Assembly: GCA_963719145.1 (NCBI GenBank)
Contig: CAVRAX010000001.1
Span: forward strand, 71,544 to 135,543
Direction of reading: 5' to 3'
Length of the DNA stretch: 64,000 nt
Source of the DNA: an uncultured Chloroflexia bacterium
GTDB lineage: Bacteria; Chloroflexota; Limnocylindria; Limnocylindrales; CSP1-4
Shown here: in pieces, positions 26,378-35,662 of the stretch
How the letters are laid out: every line of letters begins with the position of its first letter
Numbering within the stretch: position 1 is the stretch's first letter
The notes under the pieces: generated by a model
The model's input: only the letters and a program-made list of their open reading frames with translations
What the model was told of the DNA's origin: nothing
The model's database searches: none
Program-made: the position numbers and the translations under genes

Positions 26378-27787
26378 GTGACCAGGTCGCTCAAGGCGTA
26401 TATCACCGGGCTCGTGGGAGCCGCAGCAATTGTGCTGTTGGCCACGAGCCTTGTGATTCCTGTTGACGCACGCATTGCGCTCCAGTTCGATGCTGACCCC
26501 GCGAACGCCTCGCGCCTAGAGCTTCTTGCGGGCGTCGCATTCTGGACGGTCGTCACCCTATTTGCGTCCGCACTACCTGTGCGCTTGACGGACGGCGTCC
26601 AGGTGGCTGTTTCGATTGCTCCCCTTATGGCGGCAACCGCGCTTGGGGGTCCGACAGCCGGGGCTTGGGTAGCCTTGCTTGGCACGACAGACATGCGCGA
26701 GGTCCGTGGCAAGGTAATTTGGTACGGCACGCTCACGAACCATGCGGCGATCGTGCTTCCGGTCATTCTCGGCGGCTGGGTGATGTCGAGCCTTCGCGGG
26801 CCATCCGGCAACCTCCTCCAGGAACTTGCGGCAATCCTTGCCGGGTCACTGGTCTACTTCGCCCTCAACCTGATCTTTGTGTCGGCCATCGTGGTGCTGC
26901 GCGGCGGTCGCACGATCCGAGAGTTCCTAACCAAGGCGGAAACCGCGAACATCTGGGTGAACCTCGTAACGCTTGCCCCGCTCGGTTGGCTCATGGCCAG
27001 GATGTACGAGACCGAGGGGGCCGGATGGTGGACCACGCTCCTCTTCGCCCTGCCCCTGTACACGACCCGGGTTGCGTACCACCGGTTCGTCGAGATGCGC
27101 GACATGTTCACGCAGACGATCGGAGCACTCGCGCGGGCCGTCGACAAGCGCGATCCGTTCACCGCGGAGCACAGCCAGAACGTCCGGATGATCAGCGTCG
27201 ACATCGGCCGCGAGATGCGGGTCAGCGCGGCCGAGCTGGAGGCCCTGGAGTGGGGCGGGCTCCTTCATGACGTCGGCAAGATCGGCGTTCCCGACAAGAT
27301 CCTCCTGAAGCAGGAGCGCCTGACGCGCGAGGAGCGGATGGTGATGAACGCCCACCCTGTACTGGGCGCCGAGATCATTCAACCGGTCAACCGCCTCGCC
27401 GCCGAGTTGCCGATCATTCGCCACCATCACGAGTGGTTCAACGGCTCCGGCTACCCGGACCGGCTGATGGGCGACGAGATCCCGAGGCTGGCCAGGATCC
27501 TGCATGTCGCCGATGCGTTCGAGGCGATGACGGCCGCTCGTCCGTATCGCATGACGCCGCTCACCAATGAGCAAGCCCTGTCCGAGCTCCGCAAGTTCGC
27601 CGGCATTCAGTTCGACCCTGTCGTGGTCGATGCGTTCGTTCGAACGCGTTGGGCAGACGACGTCCGCGATCCGGGCCGCACGAACGAGCTTCGACCGATC
27701 CCGCTTCTCGGCCAGCACGCGGCGCGGGCGACGCAGCCAGCCTACGACGGTCCGGCGCCCGGTTCCCCCGCCTCCGACCTAGCCTGA
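26378..27787 (+). CDS. HD-GYP domain c-di-GMP phosphodiesterase with an N-terminal multi-TM sensor domain
   Basis: About 7 TM helices, then HD (GLLHDVGKIGVPD), HHEWFNGSGYP (the GYP motif) and the remaining HD-GYP core. GTG start behind GAAGAG. Confidence 0.85.
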   Translation: MTRSLKAYITGLVGAAAIVLLATSLVIPVDARIALQFDADPANASRLELLAGVAFWTVVTLFASALPVRLTDGVQVAVSIAPLMAATALGGPTAGAWVALLGTTDMREVRGKVIWYGTLTNHAAIVLPVILGGWVMSSLRGPSGNLLQELAAILAGSLVYFALNLIFVSAIVVLRGGRTIREFLTKAETANIWVNLVTLAPLGWLMARMYETEGAGWWTTLLFALPLYTTRVAYHRFVEMRDMFTQTIGALARAVDKRDPFTAEHSQNVRMISVDIGREMRVSAAELEALEWGGLLHDVGKIGVPDKILLKQERLTREERMVMNAHPVLGAEIIQPVNRLAAELPIIRHHHEWFNGSGYPDRLMGDEIPRLARILHVADAFEAMTAARPYRMTPLTNEQALSELRKFAGIQFDPVVVDAFVRTRWADDVRDPGRTNELRPIPLLGQHAARATQPAYDGPAPGSPASDLA

Positions 27788-27925
27788 TCACGGATCGCGT
27801 CCGCGGCAGGGTCACCCGGGACGCGTCCCAGCTCGGCCGCACGCCGTCATTGTCGAGCCCGCAGAATGCGCGCGTGGAGCCCGCAGGACGCACCGAGCCG
27901 GGGAGATGATCCTCGCGACTGACCC

Positions 27926-29995
27926 GTGCTGATCGGGGGTCTCGCGCTCGGCCTGATCCTGGGCCTCCTCGGCGGCGGGCGAATCGAACACCTCGCATCG
28001 ATTCGTTTCCGGCTGCTCCAGGCCACGTTCCTGGGACTCGTGATCCGGATCGCGACGCAGATCGCGATCGAGCAGGGCAATGCTCCGGCCGATGCCCTGC
28101 GGCTCCCGCTCTTCACGATCGCCTTCGTCCTCATCCTCGTCGGGTTGTGGGCCAACCGCGAGCAACCCGGCCTCAGCCTCGCGTTCGTCGGGGTTCTGCT
28201 GAACACGATCGTCATCACGATCAACAGCGGCTACATGCCGGTCTGGCAACCGGCCTACGAGGTCGCCGGGTTCGGGCCCGGGAACGACCTGGGCCCGCTC
28301 CACGTGATCGTCCCCGGCGTGGTCAGTGGTGACTTTCTTGTTCGTGCGGGACCGCTCGGGGACATCCTGCCGATCCCGCTTCCGCTCGTTCGAAACGTCG
28401 CGAGCCTGGGCGACGTCTTCCTCGGAATCGGCCTGGCGTTCTTCCTCTTCGCAACGACGATCAGGACGCCGGAGGAGCTCGATGAGGCAAGCCGCGAGGC
28501 GATCCGGCGCCGCCTCACCTCGATCGCCCCCGTGCGCGGCGCCGGCGTCGTGTCGACGACGGCGCTCGTGGCCCGTGGACTCGGGGCGACCACCACGCTC
28601 GAGAGGCCCGCGCTGTTGGGCGGGACTGCGGTTGGGGCGGAGACTGCGCTCGGGGGCGATTCGGCGCGTCGTGCCGTCGCGCTCGGTGCTCCAACGGCGC
28701 CGACGCCGCCATTGGCCTATTTCCCGGTCCCGGCGGTTCCGGCGGTACCGCCTCTCATCGAACGCGTCCGCCGCCACGCCTATGTGCGGCTCGCCCTCGA
28801 CGGCTCGTTCTCGGCCCTCTGGACCGGGCAGCTCGTGAGCCTGGTCGGCGACCGGCTTCACCAGGTCGCGCTGGCATTCGTCGTCCTGGATGCGACCGCT
28901 TCCCCGCTCGCGGTTGGTGCGGTCTTCTTCGTGGCTACGCTGCCGAACCTCATGTTCGGCCCGATCGCCGGCACGCTCGTCGACCGCTGGGATCACCGCG
29001 AGGTGATGATCGTGTCGGATCTGCTCAGAGCCGGCGTCGTTCTCCTGATCCCGGTCGCGGCCGTGACGAACCTGGCCCTCGTCTATCCGCTCGTCTTCCT
29101 CGTGACCACGATCTCGATCTTCTTCCGGCCGGCGAAGGTGGCGATTCTGCCGCGCCTCATCTCCAGCGACGATCTCGTCGCCGGTAACTCGGCGATGTGG
29201 GTGGCCGACACGTTCGCGGACATCGGCGGGTACGTCCTGGCCGGCCTGTTCGTCGCCGTCCTGGGCAGCCAGCTGCCGCTCGCCTTCTGGGCCGACGCGG
29301 TGACCTATATCGCGTCGGCGATCCTCATCGCCACGATCTCGGTCGCTCCGATGAAGCGAGTGGCGACCATGGCCGGCCGAGGTGAGGGCTTCCTCGCCGA
29401 GCTCGTCGAGGGCTGGCAATTCCTCCGGGGCGAGGCCGTCCTCCTCGCTAACACGATCCAGGCAACGGTCGGGCAATTCATGCTCGGCGTGTTCCTCGCC
29501 CTGACCCCGGTGTATGCCAAGGACGTCATCGATGCCGGCGCGCTCGACGCGAGCACGGCCTACTCCTTCCTCGAAGGCGCGATCGGTGCCGGGAACCTCA
29601 TTGGCGGCTTCGCGATCGGGCTCCTCGGCTCGAGGATGGCCCTCGGCAGGATGGTCATCTTCGGCTACGTCTGGACGGGGGCGTGCGTCGCGGCCCTCGC
29701 CTTCACCAGCAACCTCGGGCTCGCGATCGGGCTCTCGTTCGGCGCCGGCGTCGGGAACCTCGCCTTCGTCATTCCGAGCCAGACGCTCGTCCAGCGCCGG
29801 ACGCCCGAGGCGCTCATGGGTCGCCTGCTCGGACTCCGCTTCTCGTTGGTCTACGGCTCGATGACCGTGGCGATGGGCGTCGCCGGCGTCCTCGGTGAGA
29901 TCTTCGGCGCGGCGCCGGTCCTGGGTGCCTTCGGGCTGGTCACGGTCGCCGCGGGCCTGGCCGGGCTGTTGTTCCCGGCCGTCCGAGATGCGTGA
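27926..29995 (+). CDS. Fusion (or two unresolved in-frame genes): N-terminal DUF5317-like membrane domain plus C-terminal MFS transporter
   Basis: Residues 1-200 are a small polytopic domain. A ~90 aa linker is followed by an MFS region beginning LALDGSFSALWTGQLVSLVGDRLHQVALAFVVLD, with 12 TM segments. No stop codon lies between the two parts. Confidence 0.7.
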   Translation: MLIGGLALGLILGLLGGGRIEHLASIRFRLLQATFLGLVIRIATQIAIEQGNAPADALRLPLFTIAFVLILVGLWANREQPGLSLAFVGVLLNTIVITINSGYMPVWQPAYEVAGFGPGNDLGPLHVIVPGVVSGDFLVRAGPLGDILPIPLPLVRNVASLGDVFLGIGLAFFLFATTIRTPEELDEASREAIRRRLTSIAPVRGAGVVSTTALVARGLGATTTLERPALLGGTAVGAETALGGDSARRAVALGAPTAPTPPLAYFPVPAVPAVPPLIERVRRHAYVRLALDGSFSALWTGQLVSLVGDRLHQVALAFVVLDATASPLAVGAVFFVATLPNLMFGPIAGTLVDRWDHREVMIVSDLLRAGVVLLIPVAAVTNLALVYPLVFLVTTISIFFRPAKVAILPRLISSDDLVAGNSAMWVADTFADIGGYVLAGLFVAVLGSQLPLAFWADAVTYIASAILIATISVAPMKRVATMAGRGEGFLAELVEGWQFLRGEAVLLANTIQATVGQFMLGVFLALTPVYAKDVIDAGALDASTAYSFLEGAIGAGNLIGGFAIGLLGSRMALGRMVIFGYVWTGACVAALAFTSNLGLAIGLSFGAGVGNLAFVIPSQTLVQRRTPEALMGRLLGLRFSLVYGSMTVAMGVAGVLGEIFGAAPVLGAFGLVTVAAGLAGLLFPAVRDA

Positions 29996-30113
29996 CGGCC
30001 TGCTGTTCCCGGCCATCCGAGAAGCGACGACGGCCTGGGGATGAGGCGTTCGCGTACACTGGCGCGCGCGACGGTCGGGCTCGGCCGTCCGGACTGGAGA
30101 CCCACCACCCGCA

Positions 30114-30728
30114 ATGAGCGAGCGACCGAGCGACGCCTCCGAAGGGCCGATCGAGGGCCACGGCGAAGGGCCGGCCACCGACGATGATGGCCGCGGCGAA
30201 GAGGACTTCCCTCTCGAGGATGACGGCAGCATCGAAGCAGACGCGCCCGAGGAGACGGGCGACGCCGGTTGGGGCGGAAACGCAGACGATGAGTCGGCAG
30301 GCGAGGAGCAGGAACGCGACGAGGCCGCGGCGGTGGCGGCCGAAGCCGACATCGAACGGCATCGGGGCATGCGCCCAAGCGAGCGACGGGCCGCGCGGTC
30401 CCATGCCGAGCGCTCCCAGATCCAGGTCGATCCGTCCCTCCGGATCCGGGACCGAGCATCGTCCCTGTTCGTGCTGGTGACGGTCCTCGTCTTCGGCCTG
30501 ATCTTCCTCAACGGGTTGGTCCTCGGCAAGGGCGGCCTCCTGACCCCATTCCAGACGCCCACGCCGGTCCCGGTCCTGACGCCCTCACCGTCACCGAGCG
30601 AGACTCCGAGCTCCTCGCCGGCACCGACGAGCACGTCGGTTCCGCTACCGACTGCGACGCCAGTGGCGACATCAGAAGTGACGGCGGCACCGAGCGCCGC
30701 CCCCACTGCGACACCCGGCGCCTCCTGA
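30114..30728 (+). CDS. Hypothetical single-pass membrane protein with an acidic N-terminus and a Pro/Thr/Ser-rich C-terminal tail
   Basis: 204 aa. The cytoplasmic part is D/E-rich, followed by one TM helix (LFVLVTVLVFGLIFLNGLVLG), then PT-repeats. Confidence 0.5.
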   Translation: MSERPSDASEGPIEGHGEGPATDDDGRGEEDFPLEDDGSIEADAPEETGDAGWGGNADDESAGEEQERDEAAAVAAEADIERHRGMRPSERRAARSHAERSQIQVDPSLRIRDRASSLFVLVTVLVFGLIFLNGLVLGKGGLLTPFQTPTPVPVLTPSPSPSETPSSSPAPTSTSVPLPTATPVATSEVTAAPSAAPTATPGAS

Positions 30729-30819
30729 CCTCACGGCGCCCGCCGCGCCGGCCCAGCGTGCCAGCCGCGCGGCGAGCCGAGCCGGTCGCCGGGTCCGCGC
30801 CGGGGCGTATTCTCGCGAC

Positions 30820-31527
30820 GTGCCACGCCGTCAGGAGCGACCCGAGGAGCGGTCGCGGCGCGAGATGGTCGCGGGCCAGCTCCGCCGGAGGGGGATCGCC
30901 GACGAGCGCATCCTCGCGGTGATGGGCGAGCTCCCCCGCGAGCGATTCGTCCCCGCTCGCTACCAAGCCGCTGCCTATGCTGACGCTGCGGCTCCCATCG
31001 ACGAGGGCCAGACGATCAGCCAGCCCTACATCGTCGCCCGGATGACCGAGCTGCTGCGGGTCGCGCCGGGCGATCGGATCCTGGAGATCGGCACCGGGTC
31101 CGGCTACCAGACGGCCGTCCTCGCCGGCCTCGGGGCTCGGGTCACCTCGATCGAGCGGTTCGCCGCGTTGGCCGAGGCGGCGCAACGCCGTCTCTCCGAC
31201 ATCGGAGTCGAGGGGGTCGAGATCCGGGTGGCGGATGGCAGCGCCGGAGAGCCGGCGGGGGCGCCGTGGGACGGGATCATCGTCACCGCGGCGGCGCCGG
31301 CGGTGCCCGAGGTCCTCCGCGAGCAGCTGGGGGTCGGCGCCAGGCTCGTGATCCCCGTCGGCGGCCGCGTGGAGCAGCAGCTCCTCGTCGTCGAGCGGCG
31401 GGGGCCGGCCGACTGGTCGGAGACGTCGGACGGAGCGGTCGTCTTCGTGCCACTCGTCGGCGAGCAGGGCTTCCCCGACCGATCACAGCGACGGCAGGAC
31501 GAGCCCGGCCCCGACGAGTGGCTCTGA
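30820..31527 (+). CDS. pcm: Protein-L-isoaspartate O-methyltransferase
   Basis: Contains the PIMT motifs (TISQPYIVARMTELL, VLEIGTGSGYQTAVLA). Confidence 0.9.
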   Translation: MPRRQERPEERSRREMVAGQLRRRGIADERILAVMGELPRERFVPARYQAAAYADAAAPIDEGQTISQPYIVARMTELLRVAPGDRILEIGTGSGYQTAVLAGLGARVTSIERFAALAEAAQRRLSDIGVEGVEIRVADGSAGEPAGAPWDGIIVTAAAPAVPEVLREQLGVGARLVIPVGGRVEQQLLVVERRGPADWSETSDGAVVFVPLVGEQGFPDRSQRRQDEPGPDEWL

Positions 31528-31549
31528 GCGCTCGGTATACTCGGCCCGC

Positions 31550-32632
31550 ATGTCGCACGTCTTCATCGCCCCCCACCCGGACGACGTCGCCCTGTCCTGC
31601 GGCGGCCTCATCGCGAGCCTTCGCGAGCTCGGCCAGAACGTCACGATCCTGACCGTCTTCTCGGGTGGCGGAGAAGACCCGGCCCTGTCCACGTATCGAC
31701 GCGAGGCGCTGGGCTTCGGCTCGAAGGCGCTCTGGCCGAACACCGAGGCGTTCAATCGAGCGGCGATCCGGGCCGACTACCCGATCGACGCCGATGCGGA
31801 CGTCGCGCCGGCATGGGCCGCGGTCGCGGAGCGGCTCGACGCGACCCAGGAGGACGCCGACGCGGCCGCAAAGCGGTTCTGGCAGCGCTCCTCCTGGTAC
31901 CGCCGGGCGAGCATCCGAAATCAGCCCCTGGCCGGCCAGGGGCTGGTCGACGAGCTTCCGACGCAGGGGGCGGTGATGACGGACGAGGTCGTCGTCGCGG
32001 CGGCGTCGGGCGATGTCATGGCCCAGCGGCGCGTCGAGGACGAACGCTTTGCCTACTTCGCGGAGGCCGCCGTCGTCTTCCTCGACATGCCCGACGCCGT
32101 CTTCCGCGGCTACGCGGGCGACGCGGAGCTGCTCGGCTCGCCACGCGTTGACGACGAACCGCCCGTTGCCCGGATCAGGAGCGAGCTCGCCCGGCTTGAG
32201 CCACAGACGGTCTATGTCCCCCTCGGCGTGGGCAATCACGTCGACCACCAGCTCTGTCGGGAGGTCGGCAGCGCCCTCGTCGGCGCGCCGCGCTCGTGGC
32301 TGATGCCCGGGCCGGAGTGGGCCGGCAGCGTCGTCTTCTACGAGGACTTCCCGTACGCCTGGTGGAGCGGCTTCGATCGCCTCGAACAGCTCCCCGAAGG
32401 TTCGCTCGACGGCCTTCCGTCAGACGTCCTGCTGACGCCTGAATTCGCGGACATCACCGACCAGCTCGAGCGCAAGGTCCGTGGCGTCGCCATCTACGAG
32501 AGCCAGCTCGACCGGCTGTTCGGCGGCGAGGCCGCCATGGCCGCCGCGGTCCGAGCCCACGGGGCCAAGACCGCCGAGCTCGGCGGCCACGGTGGCGCCG
32601 CGGAGCGGTACTGGCACACGCTCCGGGCCTGA
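31550..32632 (+). CDS. PIG-L/LmbE-family N-acetylglucosaminyl deacetylase
   Basis: Starts MSHVFIAPHPDDVALSCGG, which carries the LmbE signature. A His-rich metal site is present (HVDHQ). Confidence 0.85.
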   Translation: MSHVFIAPHPDDVALSCGGLIASLRELGQNVTILTVFSGGGEDPALSTYRREALGFGSKALWPNTEAFNRAAIRADYPIDADADVAPAWAAVAERLDATQEDADAAAKRFWQRSSWYRRASIRNQPLAGQGLVDELPTQGAVMTDEVVVAAASGDVMAQRRVEDERFAYFAEAAVVFLDMPDAVFRGYAGDAELLGSPRVDDEPPVARIRSELARLEPQTVYVPLGVGNHVDHQLCREVGSALVGAPRSWLMPGPEWAGSVVFYEDFPYAWWSGFDRLEQLPEGSLDGLPSDVLLTPEFADITDQLERKVRGVAIYESQLDRLFGGEAAMAAAVRAHGAKTAELGGHGGAAERYWHTLRA

Positions 32633-32645
32633 GCCCCGACCGGTA

Positions 32646-33890
32646 ATGGAACGGGTCGGGCAGGGAGGCCGGCTGGCGCTAGTCCTCGGGCTAGCGGCCG
32701 CCATCTCGATCCGGGTCCTCCTCCTGCCCCGGCCGGGTCTCGCCGGCGACGTCGACGACTTCCTGGCCTGGGCCCGGGCGATCGGCGCCGACGGGCTGGG
32801 GCGGGCGTATGACCAGACCGTCTCGTTCCCGCCGGTCCTGCCCTGGATCTGGTGGCTCCTGGGATCTGTCGCCCCCGGGCTGCTGAACCCGGCCGCCGAC
32901 GACCCCGTGGCGTTGACCTTGATCAAGCTGCCGGCGACGGTCGCCGACTTCGCGATCGCCGTCCTCGTCGGCCTGGCCCTGCGGGCCCGCCCGGGCTGGG
33001 TGATCGCCGGCGCCCTGGCCGTCCTCCTCGTCCCTGCCGCCTGGTACGTGTCGGCCTGGTGGGCCCAGTTCGAGTCGCTCTACGTCCTGCCGATGCTGGC
33101 CGGCTGGTGGCTCGTCACGCGCGGCCGGCCTGGCTGGGCCGCCGTGGCGATCGCGATCGGGCTGATGACCAAGCCCCAGGCGCTGCCACTTGCTGTCCCG
33201 TTCGCCGCGGTCTATCTCCGGCAGTTCGGTCTGAACGGGTCCCTCCGGACCGTGGGGATCGCCATCGTCACCGCGGCGGTGCTGTGGTTGCCCTTCCTGT
33301 CCGCCGGTGGGCTCGGCAACTATCTCCGCAACCTCGGCGACTACTCGTCCCTCTTCGCCGTCGTGTCGCTCCGGGCCTGGAACCCCTGGTGGGTCCTGAC
33401 CGACCTCGCCGGCGGCGGTCAGCTGATCGCCGACGGCGTCTCGATCGCGGGACCGGTCACCTTCCGCTGGATCGGCGTCGCCATCGCCGGGCTCCTCGAG
33501 GCGATGGTCTTCCTGTGGGTCTGGCGTCGACCGACCGCGACCGGCCTCGCCTGGGGCCTGGCCGCGGCCGCGCTGGCGGGATTCGTGGGCCTGACCGAGA
33601 TGCACGAGCGCTACGCCTTTCCGGCGATCGTGTTCCTCGTCCTCGCCTGGCCGGATCGGTTGGCCGTCGGGACCTGGCTCCTGCTCGCAGTGACGGTCTC
33701 GCTCAATGTCGTCGCGGCCGTCCCGCCGTCGGGCGCCCCCGGGTCGGTCGTTCCCGTCGGCGGCGCCATCGGGATCGCCGGCTCGCTGGCCATGACGGTC
33801 GGCCTCGGGGCGTGCCTCTGGGGTCTGCGGCGCGGAGCGCCGGAGCCGGAAGACGTCGGGCCGGTCAGTCCCCTCGGGGCGCCCGCCTGA
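32646..33890 (+). CDS. GT-C fold integral membrane glycosyltransferase (DUF2029/GT87-like)
   Basis: Internal start MERVGQGGRLALVLGL. The first extracytoplasmic loop carries GDVDDFLAWARA (an Asp-rich GT-C loop). 10+ TM segments. The track's N-terminal extension is low-complexity. Confidence 0.65.
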   Translation: MERVGQGGRLALVLGLAAAISIRVLLLPRPGLAGDVDDFLAWARAIGADGLGRAYDQTVSFPPVLPWIWWLLGSVAPGLLNPAADDPVALTLIKLPATVADFAIAVLVGLALRARPGWVIAGALAVLLVPAAWYVSAWWAQFESLYVLPMLAGWWLVTRGRPGWAAVAIAIGLMTKPQALPLAVPFAAVYLRQFGLNGSLRTVGIAIVTAAVLWLPFLSAGGLGNYLRNLGDYSSLFAVVSLRAWNPWWVLTDLAGGGQLIADGVSIAGPVTFRWIGVAIAGLLEAMVFLWVWRRPTATGLAWGLAAAALAGFVGLTEMHERYAFPAIVFLVLAWPDRLAVGTWLLLAVTVSLNVVAAVPPSGAPGSVVPVGGAIGIAGSLAMTVGLGACLWGLRRGAPEPEDVGPVSPLGAPA

Positions 33891-34629
33891 GCCGGCCCCG
33901 CAGGGCCATGAGATACCAGCGGAGGTAGTGCGGCAGCCACTGGCGAAGACGGAAGCGGCTTTCGCCGCCAGTCCGGTCTCGCCAGGTCGTGGGGACCTCG
34001 GCCACTCGGCGGCCGGCGAGGGTGGCCTTCACGGTGAGCTCGAGGGCCAGCTCGAAGCCGGCCTCGCTCTCGATCGAGACCGACTCGAGGAAGTCGCGAC
34101 GATAGAGCTTGAAGTTGTTCGTCGGGTCGTGGGTCGCGACGCCGCCGAACCAGTGGAGGGTCAGCCCGGCGGCCCGGCTCAGCAACCGCTTCAGGGGCGG
34201 CCCGCCGATCTGCCGGCCGCCGGGCATGTAGCGCGACGCCGACACGACCGCTGCCCCGTCCCGGGCGAGCGCGACCATCGGGTCCACGACGCGCGGCTCG
34301 TCGGAGCCGTCTGCCATCGAGATGAGGACGAACGACCCGCGAGCGGCGCCGATCCCCGCCCGCATCGCGTTGAGGACGCCCCGCCCGATGTCGTTCCGAT
34401 GGCCGCGGAGGCCCGGCAGCTCCGCCGCGAGCCGCTCCACGACCGGCCGCGTCGTGTCGGCGTCGAAGTCCCAGACGACGATGAGCTCGTTCGGCGTCGC
34501 GACGCCGGCGTGGAGCGCCCGGAGGACGGGCTCGACCCGCTCCCCCTCGTTGTAGACCGGGATGACGATCGACAGCTCGGGATCGAGTGCCGGCACGGCC
34601 GGGGTTCCGGCGGGCACGGCCTCGGTCAC
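33865..34629 (-). CDS. GT2 glycosyltransferase, Dpm1/Ppm1-like polyprenol-phosphate sugar synthase
   Basis: Contains LSIVIPVYNE, a DxD (VWDFDAD) and a GtrB/Dpm1-like C-terminus. The start was trimmed to the GTG near 34629. Confidence 0.8.
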   Translation of the reverse strand: MTEAVPAGTPAVPALDPELSIVIPVYNEGERVEPVLRALHAGVATPNELIVVWDFDADTTRPVVERLAAELPGLRGHRNDIGRGVLNAMRAGIGAARGSFVLISMADGSDEPRVVDPMVALARDGAAVVSASRYMPGGRQIGGPPLKRLLSRAAGLTLHWFGGVATHDPTNNFKLYRRDFLESVSIESEAGFELALELTVKATLAGRRVAEVPTTWRDRTGGESRFRLRQWLPHYLRWYLMALRGRLRRAPRGD

Positions 34630-34639
34630 GGGCGCTCGG

Positions 34640-35662
34640 TCACAGGTGCCCGGCCTCGACCTCGGCTCGGATCCAGGGCACGACCTCCTCGAGCATCGTC
34701 TCGAGCGGGGTTGTCGCTTCGAAGCCGAGGACCTCGCGAGCCTTCGTGACATCCGGCACCCGGCGCTGGACGTCGTGCTCGAATGGCGGATCGGAGACGA
34801 CGCGGAAGGGCCGCTTCGGGCCGTACACGGCGCGCCAGACGAGCTCGGCCAGCTCGAGGACCGTCGTGGAGGTGGCGGTCGAGAGATTGAAGTCCTCGTT
34901 CACGGCTTTCGGCGATTCCATGACCATCCGGATCCCGCGGGCCAGGTCGCCGCCGTAGGTGTAGTGCCGGACCTGCGAGCCCTTGCCCAGGATGTGGAGC
35001 GGGTCCTGACCCTTGAGGGCCTTGAGGACGAGGTCCGGGACGACGTGGCTGAGGGCGAGCTTGACGTTGCCCGAGTAGGCATCGGAATCACGACTGGCCC
35101 GGCGCTCGCCGATGCCGACGCAGTTGAACGGCCGGACGATCGAGTACGGCAGCCCGTACTGCTGCTGGGCACCCCTCGCGAAGTACTCCGAGGCGAGCTT
35201 CTGGAAGCCGTACGTCGAGACCGGCGGCGGCGACGTCTCCTGGGCGCCTTCGGGGGTCGGGAAGACGGTGGCCGACTCGTAGACCATCGACGAGCTCACG
35301 ACGATGATCCGCTCGACGGAGCCGGCGAGGTAGGCGTCGATGGCGGCGTCGAACGTCGACGCCAGGATTCGCTCGTTCTCGGCGAGGAGCTCGTAGGCGA
35401 AGCGGTGGAAGTACGAGATCCCGCCGATCATCGCCGCGGCGGCCACGACCTGCTGGCAGTCCCGGGCCAGCTCCTGGAGGAGGCGCACGTCCTTCGCGTC
35501 CCCCTGGACGAAACGGTACATGGGGTCGTCGTCGTAGGAGCGCTTGACGGGCCCGTACTTCGAGTAGTCGTCGATGCCGACGACCTCGTGACCCGCGGCG
35601 AGGAGCTCCGGGATCAGGTAGCCATTGATGAACCCGGCGGCGCCGGTGACGAGGACCTTCAC
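34640..35662 (-). CDS. NAD-dependent epimerase/dehydratase (SDR family)
   Basis: Starts VKVLVTGAAGFINGYL, a Rossmann motif, and carries a YxxxK catalytic motif. Its GTG start overlaps the udg stop (GTGA). Confidence 0.85.
   Translation of the reverse strand: MKVLVTGAAGFINGYLIPELLAAGHEVVGIDDYSKYGPVKRSYDDDPMYRFVQGDAKDVRLLQELARDCQQVVAAAAMIGGISYFHRFAYELLAENERILASTFDAAIDAYLAGSVERIIVVSSSMVYESATVFPTPEGAQETSPPPVSTYGFQKLASEYFARGAQQQYGLPYSIVRPFNCVGIGERRASRDSDAYSGNVKLALSHVVPDLVLKALKGQDPLHILGKGSQVRHYTYGGDLARGIRMVMESPKAVNEDFNLSTATSTTVLELAELVWRAVYGPKRPFRVVSDPPFEHDVQRRVPDVTKAREVLGFEATTPLETMLEEVVPWIRAEVEAGHL

Noticed and set aside
27812-30706. 964-aa minus-strand ORF
   Set aside because: Arg/Asp/Glu-rich low-complexity translation lying opposite the well-supported HD-GYP, DUF5317-MFS and acidic membrane protein genes. 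Typical GC-driven antisense ORF.
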